DNA of 15,632 nucleotides. Origin: Geodia barretti. Taxonomy: Eukaryota. Location of the stretch: NCBI GenBank assembly GCA_030341885.1, contig CASHTH010000349.1, positions 64,001 to 79,632 of the forward strand, in the 5' to 3' direction. The translations under genes were made by a program, and so were the position numbers. The notes beneath the pieces were generated by a model, which was not told the DNA's origin, did not search any database, and saw only the letters and a list, made by a program, of their open reading frames with translations. Of the stretch, positions 1-8,431 are shown piece by piece. The stretch's first letter is position 1. The number at the start of each line of letters is the position of its first letter.

Positions 1-272
1 TAACCACATTACTGGATCTATTTATCGCAGCAACTGACTTGGCAATTAGCTACATTAAACTGCATTTGGGGGCAACTTCTTTGCCATTTTCCGCATAATT
101 GTTGGCAGTCTGTAGCAAACTGCTAAATTTTTATGCAAAAACTTATTGTTGCCAAAATTAATAGGCAATCCAATCCCTACGTACTTTGTACCTATTTGTT
201 GAGTCATTTCTCGCATGGTTGGCTGGTGTAGCGTAGTGTTATTCTCCCTACATACAGAGAGAGTAATTGGAG

Positions 273-3200
273 ATGAAGAGTGTCCTCTCCTCCTGCAAAC
301 TGGAGCAACACAACTCCTTCTCAGACAAAGACAGCTACCCCCAACACACACCCTCACTTCCACCTCCCCCGATCTCTCCCCCACCGAATTCACCCACTCC
401 CCACTCTCCTCCACCTCCTCACCAAGCCACACACCCTCGGCTCTATCCGTCCAACGCAGCTGGCTCTCGATGCACCACGACCTCATCTCCTCCCTCTCGC
501 AGTTCACCTCTGCACTCCAGCGACACGGAACGAGACCGGAGACGGGAACGGGTCTCGGACCAGGATTCTGGAACAGAGTCTGGTCCAGCAGAACCAGGTG
601 GTGGACATGCTGCAGAAGATGGTAGTGTCGCTGGAGAACGAAAACGAGAGGGTGCGAGGGAACACTGTCAGACTGGAGCGCAGAGTCCAGGCCCTCAAGA
701 TGTGGAAAATGAGAGCTCGTCTCGCCGAAGAACGATTAAAAGAAATGGCAGAAAGTTCGGGTATTCTGGGCTCTAGTAAAGATGGGATTGTTTCTTTTTC
801 TGCCCTCGCTAGTTTTGAAAAGTTGCTGGTCGAGAAAGACGAGAAGATTGCATCGCTACAGTCGAGGGTGGAGGGAGAAGAGGAGGAGAAGGAAGGGAGC
901 GAGACCATGTCTGTGAATCTCCGATCAAAGCTGGCAGCAGAGAGAGTGAGAGTATTGGAGCTGGAGGAAGAGCTGCTGTCCTCCCGCGAAGAGTCCAGGA
1001 AAGCTCTCAGGGAGTTGCGTGACGCCCAGTCTGACATGGTGAGGAGGGAGTCGGAGGTCCACTACCTGCGGCACGAGGTGGAGACTGTGAGGAGAGTGGG
1101 CACCCAGCAACGAGAGGTGGTCATGGGTCTGAGGGCCGCACTCTTCGATAGAGATGCTCAGATCGCTTCCCTCACACGAGAGAGAACCACTGCAGAGAGG
1201 GGGAGACGAACGCCTGCCCCTGTTCGTCAACGCCAGTCCATATTTGATCTTCTTCTGGGTAGAGAGGTGTTCAATATTGAGCTGGCTCGTCGATCAGAGG
1301 CCGAAAACCTCGGTTTTGGCGTCAGTCGTTTCGAAATGCCGATATCGTCTCGGAGTAGCAGCCTCATCGTGACGGGAGTCAAGGAAGGGAGCCAGGCACA
1401 GGGTCTTCTGTTGCCCGGGAGACGAGATCCTGGAGGTGAATGGGTTCAACTGCCGCAGTGTGGCGTCCAGAGGAAAGCGGTGGAGATATTGGAGGCAGCT
1501 AAAGGTAGTCTGAAGATTGTGGCGGCCAGAGAGAATGGCCCGGCAGACATTGTCGGGAGACTTCGCAGCACTCCAGTCATCCCTGACAGGTCCCACTCTA
1601 CTCTGTGGACCACTGCAAATGACGCCTCGTTTTCTCCTATCAGTCCCCACCTCCCCTCCAATGACGTCGCTCTGTCCTCGTCGCCACGTCACTACAAACT
1701 GACACTCTCCTCCCCCGCCTCCTCCCCTCCCCACACACTCCCACTGGCTTCACAGATAAGACCACAGCCCATCGGTCAGGGAAAACTTATCGAGCCCGTC
1801 TCCCCAGAACACCTCGAGAACCCCACTTCCAACACCGGCAGAGCAGCTAGTAGCAAGAGTAATTCGGTGGACGAGGGGTTAAGACTGAGACAAGAAGAGC
1901 TGGAGGAGGAAGTAGACGCAGCTCACGGGGAAATTGATAATCTGAAAACAGAGAACCAGCTTAGTGCGGCTCAGAACTCTGACCTCCAGCAGAAGCTGAA
2001 AACCAGCGAGAGAGAAATGGCCGACCTCCGGAGAGAGGTTGAAGAGGTGCAGGAACTTCTGACGGGACTGAGGGAGAAGTTGGAGAGAGAGAAAGAGAGA
2101 GTCGGTCGTCTGGAACACCACAACGGTTCTCTACAGGAGAAATTCTCAGAGGCAAATGCAGAGAGGGATTATGAAAAGCAGAGAGTGTCACACGCACAGG
2201 AAGAGATTGTGATACTGAAACTGGAGTTTGAGAGGGAAAAGAGCGAACTTGCGACAGAATTGTCGACAGTTCGGTCGCGAAACGAGCTGTTGGAGGACGA
2301 GGTAAAGTCCCAGTTGGCTAAGGCAGAGGCGGCCCAGAGCCACGCAAGCCAGCGAGAGGCACTGAGAGAAACGGAACAAAAGGAGGGAGAGAAGTTAGTG
2401 CAACAGCTTACGAATGAACTGCAGGAACTTCGAGAGAGCTCAGCGAAAGAAGTGTCCTCCCTACAACTAGAGGTTGATCAACTCCGGGGCCAGCTAAGCA
2501 CCATGATACCTCAGGTTGAAGCCGCGGGGAAGAAGGAGACGGAAATGAAACACGAGCTGCGTCACCTAAGACAGGTCGCCAGCGAGAGCAACAAACAACT
2601 GACGGAGTTGGACAAGGCCCACCGGAGTCTCAAGGAGAAAATGGCGGGCATAAGAGAGCAAGCCGAGTCTAAAACCCTCGAGTGTGAGTCACTTACTCTG
2701 GGGTTAAAGAGAGCAGAGGGGAAGCTGCAGGCAAACAAGAACGTCTCCTGTCGCCAGCAGGAAGAGATCGATAACCTCCGTCGCAAAAACAACACACTAC
2801 TCGTCGAGCGAGTCAAGGCGGACGAGGGACGTAGCAAGACCGAACTAGCCCTCAATAACTGTCGCACAGAGCTGGCCTCACTGAGGGACCAGCTGGAAAA
2901 GCAGTCGGAGGAGAAGGACCTGTTTTCAGAGCTGGAGACCCTAGTGGCTGAGAACACTGCCCTCCAACAGCAGTGGGATAGTTCTCAGGGGCAGGCAGAG
3001 ACAGAGAGACTGTGCCAACAGCTGGAGGGTGTGCAGGAACAGCTAGATGAAGCCAGGGACTCTCTGCAGACAACTAGTGGGGAGAGAGATGAACTCAAAA
3101 CTGAATTGTCTCTCCAGCAGTCCAAGGTGGAGGAATTGAAGAAGAGTTTAGCTGCGAGTGAAGCAGCTCTGGGAGTGGCCGAGGGAGGGAAGAAGAAGAG

Positions 3201-5124
3201 CGAAGATCTCGTGTCCTCAATGACGTTTGTACACGAGCAGGACGCGGGAAAGACCAGAGAGCTGGAGGAGACAGTCGCGACAGCTCAGAGAGGGCTGGGG
3301 GAGATACGACTCGAGGCCACTAGAGTTCAGGAGGAAATGGGGCGTGAACTGCAGCAGCTGGGTGCCGAGTGTGCTGGACTGAGGCAGCGAGTGAGGGGGC
3401 TTTCTGACCAGCTGGACAGTGAGAGAGAAGGTCGTGCTGGCGACGTGAAGAGTCTGAGAGAATCTCTCCAGACCAGCGAGCGGAGTGTGTGTCACCTGCA
3501 GTCAGAGCTTCAGGCGAGGGAGTCCGCCAACAGCATCAACCAGGCAACCATTGCCCAGCTCCAGACAACCTGCGAGCAGACGGAGCAAGAGAAGGCAAAA
3601 CTGGAGGGAAGCTTGGAGGAAGTCCTGCAACAGAACCGCCAACTCACCGAGGAGGTGGAGAAGCTTCGGACATCTGTTCGGCAGCTGGAAACAGACAACG
3701 CAGCTCTGGCGGGAGAGAAACAGAGTCTTGTCGAGAGATGTGCCGAAGTAAAATCAAGCCTTGCACAGAGCAGTGGTAAGATTGAATCACTCACTGTAAG
3801 ATTAGAGACGGCACTCACAGAGCTCGGCCAGACCCAGGAGAGGCTTGAGAACAAACACAGAGAGGGTCAAGAGGCAAAGAAAAGTCTAAATGAGCTAGTG
3901 AACAAGTACCGGGAGAACGAGAAGAGGTGTGAAGGTGCAGAGTCCAGAGTGCAGGAGGTCACGCTGACCCTCCACACGAGAGAAGAGGAGGTGTCGAGAC
4001 TCAAAACTCAGCTGGAGGTGTCAGAGAGTGCGCAGACCCAGTTACAGAGGTCGGTAGTCTTGCTGCAGTCAACGACCGCCTCCCAGGAGAAGAAGATAAA
4101 AGTCCTGGAGAGAGAGAGAACTAATCTGGCGTCAGCCGTGGAGCAGCTGATGGCTTCGCAGGCAATGCTGAAAGAAGTTGTGTACTCGTTGGAGAGCGAA
4201 AAGGCTCAGAATGAGGGAGCAAAGAACAGAGAGATTGAGTCCCTAACGCATCAACTGGAGGAGAAGGTGGAGGCAGAGAGAGAGCATTTGGGGAAGATTC
4301 AGCAGTTGGAGAGAAAGTGGAGGGAGTCGCAGAGAACGACAGAGGAACTGCTGGCTGCGCAGGAGGCTCTGCGGGTGTCTCTGACGTCTCTGGGAGACGA
4401 GAGGGAGGGAGAGGTGGCGCGACTGAGGGGGCAGCTGGTGTCCCTGGAGAGCAGTCTTGTGGCCGCACAACATGAGGCCTCGGAGGCCAACACAGCGGAG
4501 GAGACTCTGAGGGAAGAGTTCTCGAAGACTCTCGAGGAATCGGAGCTGGGGTCAGCAAAGTGCTCACAACTTCAGGAAGAGTTGGAGGGTCTGCGGGAAG
4601 AAATGGCGGAGCGACGAGAAACAATAGCGAGACTTGCCGAACTATACGAGAAGGTAGGAGTGCTTGAGAAAAGCCAGAAGGAGAGAAGCGATAAGATTGT
4701 GGCAGCAGAGAGCCAACTGGAAGCCACGTCCAGAGAGTTGCAAGTGGTGAAGACAGAGAACGCGGCTCTGTTGGAGAGAGTTGGGGAAGTGGCTTCAGTC
4801 AGTCTGTCTCTGGCAGAAACCACGGCTCAGCTGGAGAAGGTGAGGGGGGAACTGGCGACAGAGGTCAAGTCACGGCGGGAGGCGATGGAGGAGAAGGAAC
4901 AGCTGCTGGGGGTCCTGAGGAGACTGGAGGTGGAGAAACATACTGTGAGCGTGGCACCGGCCCCCGAGGCCAGCTCAGAGTGGCAGGAGGCCGACCGGGA
5001 GAAGCTGCTCTCTCTGACCAGAGAGAAGGAGGAGGAGGCGGCCAGACTGAGGGAATATGTGTCCAAACTGCTCTCGGCTGTGGTTGAGAAAGCTCCGTTT
5101 CTTCTGGAGAAACTGTCAGATTGA
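273..5124 (+). CDS. Large coiled-coil protein with N-terminal PDZ domain and C-terminal Rab11-FIP-like Rab-binding helix (uncharacterised; one uninterrupted coding exon in window)
   Basis: ORF 280-5124 runs 1,614 codons without a stop; the track 'M' at 280 is GTG. Composition is heptad-rich K/E/L/Q/R across ~1,200 residues, like a myosin tail or golgin. A PDZ signature lies at ~1261-1536: ENLGFGVS..SLIVTGVKEGSQAQGLLLPG[DEILEVNGFNCRSVASRGK]AVEILEAAKGSLKIVAAR; the bracketed part reads only in the +1 frame. The C-terminus LREYVSKLLSAVVEKAPFLLEKL (5041-5121) fits the RBD-FIP consensus (..YIDNLLVRVMEETPNIL..). Stop is TGA at 5122-5124. The first in-frame ATG is at 607. ATGs at 273 (+2 frame, S/P-rich MKSVLSS..) and 215 (+3 frame) lie upstream, so the true start is unresolved; it could be an indel or an upstream exon using an acceptor near 502. 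Confidence 0.7.
1261..1536 (+). other. PDZ domain-coding segment; residues 1418-1477 are out of frame relative to the long ORF (compensating +1/-1 indels at GGG 1417-1419 and AAA 1474-1476)
   Basis: In the main frame this stretch translates GRRDPGGEWVQLPQCGVQRK. Shifting +1 gives the canonical PDZ core GDEILEVNGFNCRSVASRGK. The flanks GLGF-like ENLGFGVS / SLIVTGVKEGSQAQGLLLPG and AVEILEAAKGSLKIVAAREN are in the main frame. Confidence 0.6.
5041..5121 (+). other. C-terminal Rab11-FIP-type Rab-binding (RBD-FIP-like) amphipathic helix
   Basis: ARLREYVSKLLSAVVEKAPFLLEKLSD* conserves the Y-[IV]-x-x-LL-x-x-V-[MV]-E-x-x-P-x-[IL]-L spacing of the class I/II Rab11-FIP C-termini (e.g. ELEDYIDNLLVRVMEETPNILR). 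Confidence 0.5.
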
Positions 5125-5276
5125 GGCTCACAATTATATACCACAATCATCATGTGTAACAGCACCACTCTGTTCTAGTGCTATTGCGATGTCCAGTTTC
5201 TTTTTCACAAAGTTTTATCACAATAATCAGAGAAAAAACAATTTTGCTAGTGTATCTAGTGTTCTGGTTGCTATGG

Positions 5277-6557
5277 TCACTGGTCCACTGATATGGCTGT
5301 GGCATCAGGCAGATAGCCTTCCCAAACCCGAATCAGCTGCCAGTCAGAGAGGAAGAGAGGAGAGAGAGAGAGAGAAGGGAGAAGAAGGAAGAAGTGAGAT
5401 CACATCATCATGAGAAGTGCAATTATTAGAGGGGCAAAAAGACGTGACTGTATAAATGATTCTCACTGACCTCTTGTTGCATACTCATAAGTGACTCCAG
5501 ATAGCGGATGATCTTTTCCTTGAACTCTGCAGCTCTCTCACTCTGTCACACATAGACAAGTGAATTAATCATCTCCATAACAACCTGGAGCTTACCTCGA
5601 ACCTCGTGACCTCCGTCTTGAGCGTCTTCGATGCGTCTTCAAATGCCTTTTGACTCTCCTCCACCTTCTTCTCCCACTGCAGGGGTCAGAGCTCAGTGGT
5701 ATCCCAGCAACCAGACCACACCCACCTCCTCTATCTCTGTCTTGACGGCCTGCAGTTTCTCCATCTTCCCAGAGGCAGTCAGTTTCTGCTCCTGTTCTCT
5801 CTTCTTGCTGAGAGTTTGTTGGCAGGTCTGCCACACGTGGTACGCCCTGACTCTCATGTCAAAAGCAGCCTGTACACAAGTGACAGCATCAAACGGGTTA
5901 AAAAAGAGAACATAAAAGAAAGGGTGGGCAATTGAAATAATGGAGCTAGTTTTCATTCATTGGCTCACTCTGATGGCTCCCAGGAGTGAGATGTAGTCTT
6001 TCACAGTCTCCCCAAACGTGAACAAGTCTTGTTTTATCTGCAGCAAGACAAACTCCTTCTGAACAGACATCTTGGCAGGACATCGAAAGTCAAATCCCTC
6101 TTTTATTCAGGTACATGAGGTTCAGTGTGTCCAGTGTTACGTAATGTTACGTAATGTTGGGTCACCTGTTCACTGTGAAGGCTCTCGACTTTCTCCTGCA
6201 CCTCAGAGAGACGAGAGAGAGCTCGAGACACTGTGTTATTCTCCTCAACGTTTCCTAAATGACGTAGCAGAGAATGAGATACAATCTACACTGCTGTAAT
6301 TGACAGGGGCCTTACCCAGAGTTGCAACACTCTTGACGAAGTTACCTGTCGTCGTGCAGAGCTCTGTTCAGAGTGAGAGAGGAAAAGAGAGAAATGAAGG
6401 AGGAGGAAGGGAGGGTAAATAGACAAGAGCAGGAGCTGGATTATAGCGTCATACTGACCTTTGCGACTGTAGATCATGCCCTCTATTGCCTGGTGGAGTT
6501 TCTTCAGATGAGCGTCTAGAGCCTCGTAGTTCTGCTGATGTTCGTCAAACCACTGCC

Positions 6558-6589
<32 letters not shown>

Positions 6590-8156
6590 CAACCAGAGTT
6601 AGACCCGGTGTATAGAGGAACATACGCTGTCTGTTTCACTCTTCTTGCTGGCAATCTTGGAGATTGACTGTCCGACGTTCTTCACCAACCTCATGAACCC
6701 AGCTCCACTTAGGGCCGTTGTCTCTGTGGCTTTAGGCAGCTGAGGGAAAACAGAGAGACCGTACCTCCACACATCTCGTCAGAGGTTAGCTCCGCCCACC
6801 TCTGCTGGGTTCTCGAGGAAGTCGATGAAGTCAGCGTCTTTTCTGAGGACCGGGTGTTTGGCTACTCTGTTGAGGTAGCGCTGGAGAGCCGCCTGCCGTC
6901 TCTCCAGAAACATCGCATTGCCCTCTTCACTCTTTGAGAACTTGACTGTCGTCATCCCTGGGTGGCAGGAATCACGTCAAATGCAAAAAATTCTCCACCT
7001 CAATGGAGAAAACGCTGTGTGGGTTTAAAGCTGTCAGTGAATTTTTTCTCTTAAAGATTTTGTAAACAGGCTTTCTACAATTTGCTAATTTTAAACCAAA
7101 TAGTTATAATGCTTATATTTCATTAAAAGTTTGCATGCGGCACAGTGCGAAGGGGTAATGTGATATAATATTGTGAAACAATAGCCAAACTCTCTCTCTC
7201 CCCGGATCAGTTGGCTAACCTCTAACACTCTTCTCTGGAGCTGGAGGCACGATGCGACCTTTTGGGAGGTGGGTCTCAGCCATCTTGTTGTGCAGTCGGA
7301 GGAAATCGCTGAACCTCCGGCGAACGCTGGCCTCGGGTGACTTGAATGCTGGCACGGTTGTCTTGGTAGTGATGCAGTAGACAATGTAGGCCCCCATTCC
7401 GTCTCCCACCTTCTCGGGGTCAGAGACCGTGATCTCCAGTTCATACTGCTGTAAATCCTCTGCCTCTTCTTCCTGAACATTGAGTGTGAAACATTCACCG
7501 GTTGTGCTACAGCGTATGTGCAGTGCTACACATCCATTGACAGTCTGCACAATGTACGCCAGACTCTGTGATGTGGTGGTACAGGCACTGTAGAGGATTT
7601 CCTTGCACCCGAAACACCGACACACAACACTAGAGTGGATGCTGGTGTGTAATTCTACAGGTCTCAGTACACAAGGCCTTACTAGACAATCAAACAACAC
7701 AGATCAGTCCATTATGGTACCAAAACACACCCTCACCCTTCCTTAATGGGTTTCTGAATGCACACTTATACATGTGTATATTTCTTCCAATGTGGAGCCA
7801 AGCTACAGTTTCTGGTACCTGGGAGCTCACGTGAGGCGGAGGAGGCGGCTCGTCGTCCTCAAAGAGGTCCAGAGTCTTCTGCGGAGGTGTCTGGGTGACC
7901 GGCTTTGCCACAGGGGCGGGCGGCTCATCCTCCTCTACCGCATGCGCTTCCAGAGTGGGAGGCGGAGCGGCGGAGACGGGTGCTGGTTCCTGCGGTTCAG
8001 GTTCGGGCTCCACCGTAGGGGGCTCGTCTTCTTCCTTGTCCTGCACCTCCTCCTCTTCCTTTCCTCTGGCTCTGCTGTCATGGTGGCCGCGGGTTCCTCG
8101 ACCTTCTCCCTTGCTTCCTCGTCCTGGAAGTCCATCGGTGGAGGCTCGTCCGCCAT
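5277..8156 (-). CDS. snx2: Sorting nexin, SNX1/SNX2 family (PX + BAR, retromer SNX-BAR); 12 coding exons
   Basis: Exons on the minus strand, 5'->3': 7819-8156, 7220-7472, 6800-6957, 6626-6739, 6459-6552, 6316-6363, 6166-6254, 5969-6037, 5726-5869, 5596-5676, 5471-5542, 5277-5336 (stop TGA at 5277-5279). All junctions are GT-AG and phases are consistent. The PX domain is ELEITVSDPEKVGDGMGAYIVY..VRRRFSDFLRLHNKMAETHLPKGRIVPPAPEKS. BAR/C-terminal matches include LSGAGFMRLVKN, WFDEHQQNYEALDAHLKKLH, AAFDMRVRAYHVWQTCQQTLSKKREQEQKL, WEKKVEESQKAFEDASKTLKTEVTRFE, and LIRVWEGYLPDATAIS* against SNX1/2 ...YWEAFLPEAKAI[SA]*. The N-terminus MADEPPPMDFQDEE and DLFEDDEPPPPP resembles SNX2. Exon 1 needs a 1-nt correction at the T run 8060-8062 to join the ATG frame (8156) to the conserved frame. 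The exon 2 acceptor (7472) and its weak donor GTTAGC (7219-7218) are placed by homology; paralogue assignment is tentative. Confidence 0.85.
5346..5397. repeat. GA-rich purine tract (CT-rich polypyrimidine tract on minus strand) feeding the acceptor of the last snx exon (5337-5338)
   Basis: agagaggaagagaggagagagagagagagaagggagaagaaggaagaag. Confidence 0.8.
6135..6158. repeat. Tandem 10-bp repeat TGTTACGTAA x2.4 giving two perfect TTACGTAA palindromes (6137-6144, 6147-6154) in snx intron 7, 8-30 nt from the exon 7 donor
   Basis: tgttacgtaatgttacgtaatgtt. TTACGTAA is the palindromic PAR-bZIP / D-box-type site. Confidence 0.8.
6562..6587. repeat. (AG)13 microsatellite; on the minus strand a (CT)13 polypyrimidine tract immediately 5' of the snx exon 5 acceptor (6553-6554)
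   Basis: agagagagagagagagagagagagag. Confidence 0.95.
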
Positions 8157-8259
8157 GCTACACGGTCACTGAACCCTTGAGTGTCTACAGCTTCTCGATT
8201 TCCAATCTGCTCACTCGGTACGCAGGGGAGAGCTCGAGTTAGCTATCTCAGCTCAGCTT

Positions 8260-8365
8260 TCTTTCGCCGCAGCCGATCACGTGCTACGTGGGTCCCGGGG
8301 GGCGGGGCTGCGCGGCGCCCGTTTAAATAGCCACGCCCCTTTGAGGAACGCGCGTGCGCAAACAC
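8260..8365 (-). promoter_or_regulatory. CpG-rich putative core promoter / 5' flank of the snx gene (overlaps the 3' end of cope)
   Basis: Dense CpG: cgccgcagccgatcacgtgctacgtgggtcccggggggcggggctgcgcggcgcccgtttaaatagccacgcccc...cgcgcgtgcgc. GC box GGGGCGGGG at ~8299-8307. E-box CACGTG at 8278-8283. TATTTAAA (minus orientation) at 8322-8329. Located 100-200 bp upstream of the snx ATG at 8156. Confidence 0.45.
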
Positions 8366-8431
8366 GGTGAAACTTCTATAATTATATACACGTACACGGA
8401 GGGAAAGTAATACAAAGAACGAGTCATGATT

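Noticed and set aside
280-282. ORF-track start codons at 280, 267, 8046 and 7700 shown as 'M'
   Set aside because: These are GTG or TTG, which the ORF finder allows as alternative starts. In a eukaryotic nuclear gene they are not initiation codons, so the real starts were re-derived from ATGs and homology.
55-507. Minus-strand 150-aa ORF at the window start and possible promoter motifs (TTGGCAAT / ATGCAAAA) in 1-270
   Set aside because: The ORF has no protein-like features and overlaps the C/T-rich 5' region of the big gene. The NF1/octamer-like motifs are single weak matches, so no regulatory element can be supported from sequence alone.
504-5168. Multiple minus-strand ORFs (504-1037, 925-1230, 1294-1734, 2562-2957, 4121-4624, 4827-5168 and others) antisense to the big coiled-coil gene
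   Set aside because: These are low-complexity S/P/L-rich translations typical of the antisense strand of GAG/CAG/AAG-rich coiled-coil coding sequence. They have no homology and no splice or start context, and they overlap a far better-supported sense ORF.
7021-7101. 8-bp inverted repeat ggtttaaa...tttaaacc in an AT-rich snx intron (possible MITE)
   Set aside because: Too short and imperfect, with no target-site duplication and no terminal motif of a known DNA transposon family. AT-rich intron sequence gives such matches by chance.
7895-8242. Plus-strand ORF (115 aa, G/S-rich) and ORF 7774-8172 opposite snx exon 1
   Set aside because: Antisense of the acidic/proline-rich snx N-terminal exon; low complexity with no homology.
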